A stretch of 64,000 nt of DNA from an uncultured beta proteobacterium (GTDB lineage Bacteria; Pseudomonadota; Gammaproteobacteria; Burkholderiales; SG8-41). The DNA lies in the NCBI GenBank assembly GCA_963778865.1, contig CAVZWF010000005.1:144233-208232 (forward strand), written 5' to 3'. The notes beneath the pieces are model-generated. The model searched no databases and was not told the origin of the DNA. It saw only the letters and a program-made list of their open reading frames with translations. This document shows, piece after piece, positions 53,659 through 64,000 of the stretch; the stretch's first letter is position 1, and each line of letters opens with the position of its first letter. The position numbers and the translations under genes are program-made.

Positions 53659-54033
53659 ATGGGACACGTAAAGGCCCGGGCCAGAATTCGCGTGCAGTTG
53701 GGGTCCGCATTTGCCATCGGTCCCGGCAAGGCGGACTTGTTGCAGGCGATAGCAGAAACCGGCTCGATTTCGGCGGCCGCCCGCCAGATGGATATGTCTT
53801 ACCGTCGCGCGTGGCTGCTGATCGATACCATGAACCGGTGTTTTCGCGAGCCGGTGGTCGACACCGCTACCGGCGGCAAAGGCGGCGGTGGCGCGCAGAT
53901 AACGTCGTTCGGCAGGACGGTATTGAAATGCTATCGCACGATGGAAGCGCGCGCCACGGCGTCGATCGCGAAACTGATGCCGGAATTTTCCAGGCTGCTG
54001 CGCAAGACGCCGCCCACCGGCAAGATATACTGA
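53659..54033 (+). CDS. ModE N-terminal-domain-only winged-helix regulator (124 aa, no Mop/TOBE domains)
   Basis: GPGKADLLQAIAETGSISAAARQMDMSYRRAWLLIDTMN is the ModE-type HTH. The ORF is intact and stops at 54033. Confidence 0.75.
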   Translation: MGHVKARARIRVQLGSAFAIGPGKADLLQAIAETGSISAAARQMDMSYRRAWLLIDTMNRCFREPVVDTATGGKGGGGAQITSFGRTVLKCYRTMEARATASIAKLMPEFSRLLRKTPPTGKIY

Positions 54034-54157
54034 CTCCGCGCACGAACCATTAGTCGCAGCCGCGCGTACTGATTTCCTGTCGAACCGGTGATTTGACTTG
54101 GTGGCGATTTTCGTTATATTTTACCGTATATATCGAATAATCGACGGGAAGATTCAT

Positions 54158-54969
54158 ATGTCGTGGAAGTGGAGCGACGCTGCGCCGCATGGTTGCCGGA
54201 ATTATCTTTGCGGTCTTTGTTGCGTTGACTGCGCAGGCGCAGGTGGCCAGCGCGCAGGACGTGCCCAATATCGCGGCGGCTTCGGACCTGAAGTTTGCAT
54301 TGGAGGAAACCGCTGCCATGTTCCGTGAGCGCAGCGGCCGCGATGTAAAGCTGACCTTCGGCTCTTCGGGGAATTTTTTTCAGCAAATCGCGCAAGGCGC
54401 GCCGTTTCAGATGTTTCTTTCCGCGGATGAGGATTTCGTCTTTAAACTTGCCGGACAGAACCGAACGCCGGACCGGGAGTGCTATACGCGATTGGGCGCA
54501 TTGTGTTGTTTGCGCCCCACGGCTCGCCGCTGAAGCCCGACGCCGAATCTGCGGGATTTGAAGGCGGCGTTGGCAGACGGTCGCATAAAGCGATTTGCGA
54601 TCGCCAATCCCGAACACGCGCCTTACGGGAGGGCGGCCGAGCAGGCCCTCAAGTCTCGTGGAATGTGGGAGTCGGTCAGACCGACGCTGGTGACTGGGCG
54701 AAAATGTATCACAAGCGGCGCAATTTGCAACGCAGCGGCTCGGCACAAGGCGGTATTTTTGCTTATTCGCTCGCGCTTTCAACGGAGATTTCCAAGTTGG
54801 GGCAACTTTGCGCTGATCCCTGCAGATTGGCACCAGCCATTGCGGCAGCGTATGGTGCTGGTAGGGAACGCGGGGGCAACAGCAAAAGCGTTTTTCGATT
54901 TTGTGCAGGAACCCTGCCGCGCGGAAAATATTCAGGCGATACGGATTCGTTTTGCCCGGGGAAGGTTGA
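54158..54969 (+). CDS. modA: Molybdate ABC transporter substrate-binding protein, about four frameshifts
   Basis: ORFs 54098.., 54189..54533 (AAASDLKFALEE...LTFGSSGNFFQQIAQGAPFQMFLSADE), 54479.. and 54558... Confidence 0.8.
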
Positions 54970-54975
54970 TTTGTC

Positions 54976-55646
54976 ATGGACTGGCCTGCGTTCCTGCTCT
55001 CGTTGCGCTTGTCGGCCTGGACGCTGGCGATTCTGCTTCCGGTCGGGATTGTGCTCGGCCGCTGGCTCGCGTGGAACGACAGTTCCGGGCAAGCCGCTGA
55101 TCGAAGCGGCTTTCGCGTTGCCGCTGGTATTGCCGCCAACGGTCCTCGGCTACTACTTATTGGTCGCGCTTGGGAGGCAATTCGCCGATGGGCCGCGCGT
55201 ACGAATCGTTGTTCGGCCACCCGTTGATATTTACCTTCCAAGGGTTGCTGTTGGCTTCGGTATTGTTCAACCTCCCATTCGCGATCCAGCCCATACAGCG
55301 AGCGTTCGAAGCGATCGCGCCTGAAATCCGCGAAGCAGCCGAGTGCTGCGGGCTGACGCCGTGGCGGGTTTTTTGGCGTATCGAATTGCCGCTGGCGTGG
55401 CCTGGGCTGCTGTCGGCTCTGGTACTCGTTTTTGCCCACACGTTAGGCGAGTTTGGCGTAGTGCTGATGGTCGGTGGCAGTATTCCCGGTGAAACGAAGA
55501 CGATCGCCATTGCAATCTATGATCGGGTACAGGGATTCGATCAGACGGCAGCGGGGGTCATGTCGGCTGTGCTGCTCCTGGTCTCGCTGACGGCGATCAG
55601 CTTCGCGTACCTGACATCGAGCAGCGTCGGACGCCGGCGTGGCTGA
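54976..55646 (+). CDS. modB: Molybdate ABC transporter permease, two frameshifts
   Basis: ORFs 54976.. and 55170..55646 (EAAECCGLTPWRVFWRIELPLAWPG EAA loop). Confidence 0.85.
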
Positions 55647-56750
55647 GAAGAGCGTAGGGCTGGAGATGTTGTTGCGAGGGTCGAAGCCTATTGCTCTCGA
55701 TGTCGCGCTAAGTTGCCCGCCGGGCGAACTCCTCGCGTTGGTTGGTCCATCCGGCAGCGGCAAATCCACGATACTTCGCGCTATCGCAGGACTGATTGAT
55801 CCCGACGAGGGCCACGTTCGCTGCATGGGGGAAACGTGGTACTCGTCGGCGCAAGGACTGAGTTATAGCGCACGCGAGCGTCATGTCGGCATTGTTTTTC
55901 AGAGTTACGCGTTATTTCCACACCTCACTGCGCTGGAAAATGTGATGGAGGCGCTAACCGAATATCCGCGTCCGGAACGCGAACGCCGCGCGCGCAATCT
56001 GCTGGCGCGGATGCATCTCGCCGGCTTGGAAGACTCGCAAGCCGGCGATGCTTTCCGGCGGGCAACAGCAAAGGGTCGCGGTGGCTAGTGCGCTTGCTCG
56101 GGAGCCGAAGGTAATGTTGCTGGATGAACCGTTTTCCGCTGTCGACCGTGCGACACGCGAGCGGCTTTACCAGGAACTGGCGGAATTGCGGCGCGACCTG
56201 GCGATGCCCGTCATTCTCGTCACGCATGACTTCGATGAGGCATTACTACTTGCAGACCGCATGTGTGTTCTTTTCCACGGCAAAACCCTGCAGGTCGGCG
56301 TCCCTCACGAAGTGACAACCCGGCCGAACTCCGTGCAGGTCGCGCGCTTGGTGGGATTGAAGAATGTTTTTCGGGCGGGTGTCATTGAGCATATCCCAGA
56401 TCGAAATGTTACGGTTATCGAATGGCGCAAGCACCGGCTGGAGGCGCATCTGCAACCTGAATTTCCCCCGGGCACCCAGGTAGCGTGGGTGATTCCGCAG
56501 GGACAGATGGTTTTGCACGGACGGCGAGGAGACTTCCCGTGGTGAATCGGAGAATCAGATTTCCGGCGTAGTCGCCAGCTTGGTGCGTTTGGGTGATAAC
56601 GCAATTCTTTCGATTTATGTTGACGGACCGGATAGGCCGCCCCTATTTTTGTCGGTGCCGGTTCATGTCGCGCGGCGCGACAGGATTGAAATGGGAATCA
56701 GCGTCACGTTTTCATTGCTCAGGGAAGGCATACTCGATGCCGACCGATAA
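55639..56750 (+). CDS. modC: Molybdate ABC transporter ATP-binding protein with C-terminal TOBE domain, two frameshifts
   Basis: ORFs 55639..56088 (GPSGSGKSTILR) and 56048..56545 (LSGGQQQRVAVASAL...MLLDEPFSAVD). TOBE-like tail SGVVASLVRLGDNAILSIYVDG...GISVTFSLLREGI up to TAA 56748..56750. Confidence 0.8.
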
Positions 56751-56934
56751 GCGTCTGGCCGCAGATTTGGTCATGACCTTATAAGCGAGCTTCGCGCAAT
56801 TGCAGCAGGGCGCGACGTCTACGCGCTGATCAAGGCGATTTCACTGGATCGTTGAAATGCTTGCCTGAAGTCGTCCGGCTGGCGGGCGGTTGCCGGTTTC
56901 GCGAAGCAGCAGGGCGGCCGCATGTTCATGATGT

Positions 56935-56951
56935 AGTGCAATTATTGCACT
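56935..56951. promoter_or_regulatory. Perfect palindrome AGTGCAAT-T-ATTGCACT upstream of the sulfite dehydrogenase genes
   Basis: 8-bp arms seen directly. Shares the TGCAAT/ATTGCA half-site with the 49184..49278 region. Confidence 0.35.
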
Positions 56952-57253
56952 GCACATGGCGCGGGACGGCCATTGGCATCCGAATACGCACGGCGATGCC
57001 ACGCGTTGCCTAAATGGCAGTTATGGCGTGATAATAAATTCTGATATCGATATCGCGGCTAATTTGCTATAACCGCCACTATAAGAAACCATGTAGCCGG
57101 GCAGGAGGGGCCGCAATTGTCACTACTCATCAGGTCGCCGCGATTTTGTTCCCGCGCCCATGCTCTCCGGTGCACGCTTCGTGCATTCCATTTAAGCCGC
57201 GCGTCCACCGTACCGTCGATCGCAGTTCTCGTACTTCAAGGAGGAGTTAGAAC

Positions 57254-58585
57254 ATGACCACGCCAACTCGCGTTAAGTTGGAAGACGACAATCAGGACGC
57301 GTATCCGCGCTCGCGACGCCGACTACCGCAATCTCAGGAGCGCCGGCATTTTCTGCGCCAAGGCGCCGCCATGGCCGGCACGGCACTGGCGACGGGCGCG
57401 GTTGGCACATCGGTCGCGCGTGCCGCGCCACTGACGATTCCGCCGTCGTCGCAGGAAATGGGCCGGCCGATTCCGGCGGCGATGTACGGCATGCCCTCGA
57501 AGTTCGAAAGCCAGGTTGCACGGCGGCGCACGGATGTTTTCGTCAACCGGCAGAACTGGTCCGACTGGAGCATGACGCCGATCCAGCAGCCAGCAGGGAA
57601 TCGTCACGCCGAACGGGCTGGTTTTCGAGCGCCACCATGCGGGCACGCCCGACATCGACCCGAAAACGCACAAGCTCGTCGATCCATGGCATGTTGAAGC
57701 AGCCGCTGGTGTTTACGATGGACGATCTGATGCGGTATCCGTCGGTTTCAAAATTTTACTTTCTCGAATGCTCGGGCAACACGCTTACCGACTGGGTGAA
57801 GAACGCCTCCACCACGGTTCAGCAGTCGCATGGACTGCTGTCGTGCAGCCAGTGGACCGGCGTGCCGCTGTCGTGGCTGCTCGACGAGGCAGGCGTATCG
57901 CCCGAAGCCAAGTGGGTCGCCTTCGAGGGCGCGGACGGCTCGAACCACACGCGGTCGGTGCCGCTCAAGAAGGCGCTGGATGACGTGCTCATCGTCTACG
58001 GACAGGGCGGCGAGATGCTGCGTCCCGAGCAGGGCTATCCGTTGCGCGCGTTCGTTCCGGGCTGGGAAGGCAACGTGAGCGTGAAGTGGCTGCACCGCAT
58101 CAAGGTGGGCGACCAGCCGTGGCATTTCCGCAGCGAGACTGCACGCTACACCGATCCGATGCCGAACGGCAAGTGGCGCCAGTTCAGCTTCGATATGGAG
58201 TGCAAATCCGTAATCACCAGCCCGTCGGGCGGCATGAAATTACGCGGGCCCGGCCTCGTACGAGATCGTCGGTTTTGCGTGGTCCGGCAACGGCAAGATC
58301 ACCGCGGTCGACGTATCGGTGGACGGCGGGAAGAACTGGCAGGTGGCGGCGCTCGAAGAGCCGGTGCTCGACAAATGTCTGACCCGTTTCCGCTACCGCT
58401 GGAATTGGGCCGGAGGACCGGCGCTGATCGAGAGCCGCGCCGTCGACAGCACCGGCTACGTGCAGCCGACGGTGCAGGAAATCGGCGCTTACCGCGGGCT
58501 CTATGGGTTTTTCACGCAACATCACAACGGTATTTTTCCGTGGTCGGTCAATGCAAACGGGGAGGTGAAAAATGCGATCGCTTAA
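57254..58585 (+). CDS. soxC: Sulfite dehydrogenase molybdopterin subunit (SoxC/SorA family), two frameshifts
   Basis: Tat signal RRHFLRQGAAMAG. ORFs 57254.., 57637..58602 (FLECSGNTLTDW; VPGWEGNVSVKWL) and 58319..58585. AGGAG RBS before ATG 57254. Confidence 0.85.
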
Positions 58586-59160
58586 ATTCGTTGCCGGAGT
58601 GACGGCCGCGCTTGCGGTCGTTGCGTGCGCGACACAGCAGTCAGCGCAGCCAGTACCCGGCCCCGGCGTCGGCTACGGCAAGCCGATCAGCGAGGCGGAC
58701 ATCGCGCCATGGAACATCGACATTCGCACGCCTGACGGCGCCGGCCTGCCGGCGGGCCGCGGCACGGTCGCGGACGGCAAAAAGATCTATGAGGCCAAGT
58801 GCATCGCGTGCCACGGTGCGGACGCCAAGGGCGGCTCGGTCTACGGTACCATGGTCGGCGGCATCGGCTCGATGACTGCGCCGGCGCGGGTGCTGACGCC
58901 GGGCAGCATGTATCCCGTATGCGCCGATACTGTTCGACTATATCCGCCGCGCCATGCCGATGGACAAGCCGCTGACGCTTTCCGCCGCTGAAACGTACGC
59001 GCTGTCGGCGTATATCCTGAACCTCAACGGCCTGATTGCCGCCGACGCGGTAATGGATCAGAACACGCTGCCGAAGGTGAAAATGCCGAACGCGGGCAAT
59101 TTCGTTGTCGACGACCGCCCGGATACCAAGGCCGTGCGCTGCATGACCAACTGCAAATAG
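58572..59160 (+). CDS. Monoheme c-type cytochrome subunit (SoxD/SorB-like), lipoprotein-type signal, one frameshift near 58920
   Basis: MRSLKFVAGVTAALAVVACATQQ; CIACH heme motif. Tail in ORF 58954..59160. Overlaps the soxC end. Confidence 0.75.
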
Positions 59161-59190
59161 TTTTCTTCGGCTTCGGCAGCGGCAGGAACT

Positions 59191-59228
59191 CGCGCGTGGC
59201 GTTACGCGCGGTCTGATACTCATCAGAC
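59191..59228. terminator. Two adjacent hairpins between convergent genes (possible bidirectional terminator)
   Basis: CGCGCGT-ggcgtt-ACGCGCG (59191..59210) and GTCTGAT-actc-ATCAGAC (59211..59228). No U-tract. Confidence 0.3.
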
Positions 59229-59347
59229 TATCGGGGCGGATTCGCTTGCTCTCCGCAAGGCGCAATCGCGGCTACGGCATCGATCGCGCGCCTTTTATAC
59301 CCTATCGGCTGCCTCTCGCCTTGCGTCGGCCCGAGTCTGACGCGCGG

Positions 59348-60929
59348 CTATTGCGGGAAGAAAAACTGCGCCAGCGAGCGCTCGTCGGTGCGCGCCTGGA
59401 ACGTGATTGTTTTTTTCATCGCCCACGTCACGATCTGGTGATACAGCGGAATGATGCCGACGTCCGCCGGCAACCGCGGCGCCGGCTTCGCGCGCCAGCG
59501 CTTCGCGTTTCTTTTCGTCCACGGTGTCGAGCGCCTGTTCGATCAACTTGTCGACCTTGGGGTTCGAATAGCGCCCCCAGTTCCACGCGCCGTTGCCCTT
59601 GTCGACATTCGGGCGTCATCAGCAGCGCGCGCAGCGCGAGATCGGCCGCGTACGAGCCCCAGCCCAGCATGGCGAAGCTGAACTGCTGGTCGCGCGCTTT
59701 CGTCAGATAGACGTTGAACGGCATGGCTTCGACCGCGCAGCGGATGCCGATGCGCGAGAGCATTTGCGCCACCGCCTGCGCCACCTGGTCGTCGTTGACG
59801 TAGCGATCGTTCGGCGCCGACACCGTGATCGCGAACCCGCTGGGATAGCCGGCTTCGGCCAGCAGTTTTTTCGCGCCCTCGGGGTCAAAGGCCTCCGGCT
59901 TCAGGTCGGCGTTATAACCGAAGATCTGCGGCGATACCACGTTGGATGCCGGCACCGCGACATTTTCCATCGCGCGCTCGACCAGCGCTTTGCGATTGAT
60001 CGCTTTTGAGAATCGCGCGCCGCACGCGTACATCCATGAACGGGTTTTTGGCCAGCGGCTTGCCGTCGAGATCGGTGACGAACGGCGGCTGCGCGCGGTA
60101 CTGGTCCATGTGAAAGAATATCGTGCGCCACGAAACCGTTTGTTCGAGCTGCAGGTTCGGATTGGCGCGCATGCGCGCGAGATCGGCGGGCGGCACGTTT
60201 TCGATGACGTCGACCGCGCCCGACAGCAGCGCCGCCGTGCGCGCCGGATCGTTCGACATCATGCGGAACGTGACTTTGTCCCACGCGGGCCGCTTGTCCC
60301 AATAGCCGTCGAAGCGCGCGAGTTCGACGCGGTCGCCGCGCGCCCAGCGCACGAACTTGTAGGGGCCGCTGCCGATCATCGCGCGGCCGCTGTCGAAATC
60401 CGCGGGCGTCGCATTCAAGGCGGCCTTCTTGGATACGATCATGATCGAATTCAGGTCCTGCGGCATCGCGCCGTACGGCGTTGCCGTCTTCAGCCGTATC
60501 GTATAGGGGTCGACGATCTGCTTGGACACGATGCGGCGGACGTAGACCGCGAATCCGCCGGGACTGCCGGCGATCGCCAGCGGGCGCACCAGCGAGTAAG
60601 CGACGTCGTCGGCGGTGAAGTTCGCTGCCGTCATGAAACTTGACGCCCTTGCGCAGTTTGAATTCCCAGGTCGTCGGATCGATCGCGCGCCACGAGGTGG
60701 CGATGCCGGGTATGATGCGCGCGCGTTCGTCGACCCGCGTCAACGCGTCGAATACGTGCCAGCCGATGACGACGTTGTGCTGGACGGCGACGTAATGCGG
60801 ATCGAGCGACGTCACGTCGGCGCTGATTCCTATCGTCAGCTCCGCGGACGAAGCGGCTGCCGCATACATGAGGACGCCCGCGATGCTGCACACGATGCGA
60901 TATGAGGCGAGGGCAATCCAGACTTTCAT
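59348..60929 (-). CDS. ABC transporter substrate-binding protein, family 5 (DppA/OppA-like), three or four frameshifts
   Basis: ORFs 59901..60968, 59912..60634, 59428..60033 and 59295..59546. SGPYKFVRWARGDRVELARFDGYW is family-typical. Confidence 0.8.
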
Positions 60930-61017
60930 CAACATTCCCATTACGGCCGCCAACGATCGCGGCAACATGGATTTTACTTGGAAACGCGGCTAGCTTAAAC
61001 GGCGGCAGCAAGGTCCG

Positions 61018-61182
61018 CTACGGCGTCTTGACATGAACGAAATCTCCAGATCGCGATACAGTTACTTCGTCCTGCTCGCGCGCGGCCTTCAGCGCTTCGT
61101 CACCCCACGGATACCAGTCGACCGGATTGTCGGCGTGCTGCTTGAGATACGGGCTGGTTTCCCGTGCGAGGCGGTTACCCAT
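61018..61182 (-). pseudogene. 5' remnant of a DUF255/thioredoxin-domain (YyaL-like) gene
   Basis: Minus-strand ATG 61182 gives [38 protein letters not shown], then unrelated text and a stop after 54 codons. Full-length homologues are several hundred aa. Confidence 0.6.
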
Positions 61183-61322
61183 GACGACCGAGAGAAATCA
61201 AAAAATCAGTATAGCATCGCGGTTGCAGCGCCGCGGGCGTCGCGGCCGCCGCGACGGGCGCGCGCTGTGCGCGCCGTAAATCCCTGCTATTCTTGCGCTA
61301 TGAGTTGCAGGGTGGATCGACG

Positions 61323-61707
61323 ATGACCGTTTATGGTTTTCTGGCTGTCGGCATGGGTGCGGCGCTCGGTGCGTGGCTGCGCTGGGTGTTCGGCATCGTA
61401 TTGAATCCGCTTTTTTCCGAGCATGCTGCTCGGCACGCTGGCGGCCAATCTGATCGGCGGGTATCTGATCGGCGTGGCGGTCGAGTATTTCGTGCATCAC
61501 GACAGCGTGCCGCCGGAATTGCGGCTCTTCGTGATCGTGGGCTTTCTCGGCGGCCTCACGACGTTCTCGTCGTTTTCCGCCGAGGCGGTCGAACTCCTGG
61601 CGGATCGCGAACTCGGCTGGACGTTCGTCCTGGTCGCGGCGCATCTCATCGGTTCGCTGCTCATGACGTGGCTGGGAATACTCACCGTAAGGTGGGCGCA
61701 TGTCTAG
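61323..61707 (+). CDS. crcB: Fluoride channel CrcB/FluC, one frameshift near 61415
   Basis: MTVYGFLAVGMGAALGAWLRW, then ORF 61423..61707 (LGTLAANLIGGYLIG...GFLGGLTTFSSF). Confidence 0.85.
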
Positions 61708-61715
61708 GCTCGCGC

Positions 61716-62693
61716 ATGACGATGCCGGCTGCGCTTTGCATGCTGGCCGCGTTGTGCGCGCCGCTGCGGGCAAGGCGCAGACGCGCACCGATTACCCGAA
61801 CCGTCCGGTGCGCATCATCGTGCCGCAGGCGGCCGGTTCGGGCGTCGATCTGACGGCGCGCGTCGTCGCGCAAAAGCTGACCGATGCGTGGGGCCAGCAG
61901 TTCGTCGTCGATAACCGGCCCGGCGCCAACGGCATCATCGGACTGGAAGCGGGGGCGAAGGCGAAGCCCGACGGTTACACGCTGTCGCTGGGCGTGCCGA
62001 GTTCGCTGACGATGAATCCTTACGTTTACAAAACGCTGCCGTACGACACGCTGCGCGATTTCGCGCCCATCACGCAGACCGCGAGCAATACCTTCGGCCT
62101 CGTGATCAATCCGGCGCTGCCGGTCAAGAGCGTCAGGGATCTCGTCGCGCTGGCGCGATCGCGGCCGGGCGAACTGAGCTACGGTTCGTTCGGCATCGGC
62201 AACCAGACGCATCTCGGCGGCGAGTTGTTCTCGTCGCAGATCGGTATCCGCATGCTGCACGTGCCGTATAAAGGCGAAACGCCGGCGGTGGTCGATCTAT
62301 CTGAGCGGACAGATCGCGCTGATTTTCACGCCGATGCAGGGTGTCGTGCCGCACATCAAGGCCGGCAAGCTGAAATTGCTCGCGACGTGCGGTGTCGCGC
62401 GCGCGCCTGCGTTTCCCGACGCGCCGAGCATGACCGAGGCAGGCTACAAGACCGTGGTGATCACGGGCTGGACCGGGTTGCTGGCGCCGGCCGGCACGCC
62501 GCGCGACATCATCGAGCGGCTGCAGAAGGAAATCGCCGCGCGCCTGCTCGCGCCCGAAACGCGGGAGAGCATGAGCAAGCAGGGCGCCGAACCGGTCGCC
62601 AGCACGCCCGATCAATTCGCGGCGTTTATCCGCGCGGAAATGACGAAGTGGTCGGCGGTGATCAAGGCCGCGGGACTCGAGGCGAGCCAGTAA
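61716..62693 (+). CDS. Bug-family (TctC-like) tripartite tricarboxylate transporter substrate-binding protein, two or three frameshifts
   Basis: ORFs 61700..62701 (YPNRPVRIIVPQAAGSGVDLTARV) and 62334..62693. Confidence 0.8.
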
Positions 62694-62697
62694 GCAG

Positions 62698-64000
62698 TTA
62701 ACTGCCGCCGGTTTGCGCTTGATTGAACAACCTGCGCGCTGCGGCAATGCACTCGCTCGCGGTGATGCCGATCTGCCCTTGAGTCGGCGGCAAGCGCATC
62801 GCCGGCCGCGCCATGCAAATGCACGCCGGCGAGCAATGCGCTCTTGCGCGTCCGGCACCTTGCGCGAGCAGGGCGGCGATGAGTCCGGTCAGCACGTCGC
62901 CCATGCCGGCGCTTGCCATGCCGGGATTGCCGCTCGTATTGATGAACCATGTCCCGTCCGGCAACGCGCAGACGCTGCCGGCGCCTTTCAGAACGACCGT
63001 GCCGTGATAGCGCGCGGCGATTTCGCATGCGGCGGCGATGCGGTCGGCCTGCACGGCTGCAGTATCGCGCCCCAGTAAGCGCGCCGCCTCGGCGGGATGC
63101 GGCGTCAGCAGCGTGGGTGCTGCGCGTTGACCGGCGACTTGCTGCAGGGTCGCTGTCGGCGGCGATCAGGTTCAAGGCATCGGCGTCGATCACCATCGGC
63201 ACGTCGAGCTTGCAGCGCCGCAGCCACGAGCCGATGTGCGTCCGGCGACAGTCCGAGTCCGGGGCCGATGGCGAGGCAGTTGAGATGGTCGAGCTGCAGG
63301 ATTTCATGCGCCGGGCGCAGCATCAATTCAGGTTGCCCGGGGTCATAACCAGGACCCTCATCGCCGAGCAGTGCCGACGTACACGCGGCCCGTTCCGAGT
63401 TGCAATGCCGCGCGGCCGGCGAGGAGCGCCGCTCCCGCCATTCCGCGCGCACCGCCTATGATACCGACGCTGCCGTAGTCGCCTTTGTGGCTGTTGGCGC
63501 GCCGCGCGCGTAGCACCGACCCGATAATTTCGCTGCCGATGACCGCACCGCGTACTGCAGGGGCGGCCGACGCATCCACATCGAGCGTGCACAGATGAAT
63601 ATTCGCCGCAATGGTCCGGTCCGTCCAGCGTCAGCAAGCCGGGTTTCAATCCAATAAACGTCGCGGTGTGATCGGCGCGCACCGCGCAGCCGTGCACGCG
63701 CCCGGTGTCCGCGTCGATTCCGCTCGGTACGTCGAGCGCGAGCACCGTAGCATCGAGCCGGTTTAGCGTCGCGACGAGGGCGGCGTACTCATCACTCAAA
63801 TCGCGCTGCAGGCCGATGCCGAACAGTCCGTCGATTACAAGATCCCAGTGTTGGTTTGACGGAACGCGTTCAAGCGTGAGGCCGCCGCCCGCGCGCCAGG
63901 CGGCAAGTGCTGCTTGTGCGTCAGCGGCCAGCCGCGCCGCGTCGCCCGTGAACACGACATCAACCTCGAACGACCACGCCTTCAGATGGCGGGCAACGAC
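62698..64000 (-). CDS. nnr: Bifunctional NAD(P)H-hydrate repair enzyme (epimerase + ADP-dependent dehydratase), many frameshifts; continues past right edge
   Basis: ORFs 63323..63955 (YjeF-N: VIDGLFGIGLQR...ALDVPSGIDADTG), 63358..63579 (HKGDYGSVGIIGG) and 62698..63054 (NPGMASAGMGDVLTGLIAALLAQG). Confidence 0.8.

Noticed and set aside
56593-56784. 63-aa plus-strand ORF at the modC 3' end
   Set aside because: It is an out-of-frame read of the modC TOBE region.
61190-61322. Fluoride riboswitch expected upstream of crcB
   Set aside because: Only a simple hairpin is visible (CCCTGC ... GCAGGG, about 61282..61315). I could not find the conserved crcB-motif segments. An Rfam RF01734 search would be needed to be sure.

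Overview
GC-rich proteobacterial chromosomal segment. Gene content (a Bug/TctC binding protein, ArnA split into two genes, periplasmic formate dehydrogenase with DUF3305/DUF3306, SoxCD-type sulfite dehydrogenase) looks betaproteobacterial or Burkholderiales-like, but that is inference only. I saw no rRNA, tRNA, CRISPR array, transposase, integrase or phage gene.

Gene blocks, left to right:
- PhoH-like fragment and bcp.
- Minus-strand Ara4N lipid A modification locus (arnT, arnE/F-like, arnC, two arnA halves, arnD).
- Divergent selU and selD.
- A small low-GC islet with one secreted-protein gene.
- tesA, ybbA, ybbP.
- rmuC, mtfA, a GGDEF-EAL sensor, glk.
- mobA, fdhD, moaA.
- DUF3305, DUF3306, poly-ferredoxin, TorD-like chaperone, Tat peptide and fdhABC.
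- System I cytochrome c maturation split into convergent ccmEFGHI and ccmABCD.
- Malic enzyme plus a three-subunit 2-oxoacid:ferredoxin oxidoreductase plus a GltD-like NAD(P)H flavoprotein.
- An SDR.
- A large Mo/W homeostasis cluster (moeA, TunR-like regulator, ModA-like protein, tupABC, mobB, moaDE, ModE-N, modABC).
- Sulfite dehydrogenase, a family-5 ABC binding protein, crcB, a Bug protein and nnr.

The dominant technical feature is that most genes longer than about 0.7 kb are interrupted by single-base frameshifts, mostly +1 insertions. Gene coordinates therefore join several ORF-track pieces, and exact ends are approximate.

Most interesting observations:
1. selD carries an in-frame TGA exactly at the catalytic Cys/Sec position, followed by a SECIS-like hairpin.
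2. A family of intercistronic inverted repeats whose arms are runs of degenerate GTGANNN heptamers.
3. A perfect FNR box in front of a malic enzyme, oxoacid oxidoreductase and NAD(P)H-flavoprotein operon.
4. A Mo/W supercluster with a TunR-like regulator and repeated ATTGCAT-type dyads.
5. A structured, possibly Moco-riboswitch-like leader between moaA and the FDH operon.

I did not find a clear-cut, entirely novel multi-gene system. The candidates above are the best leads.
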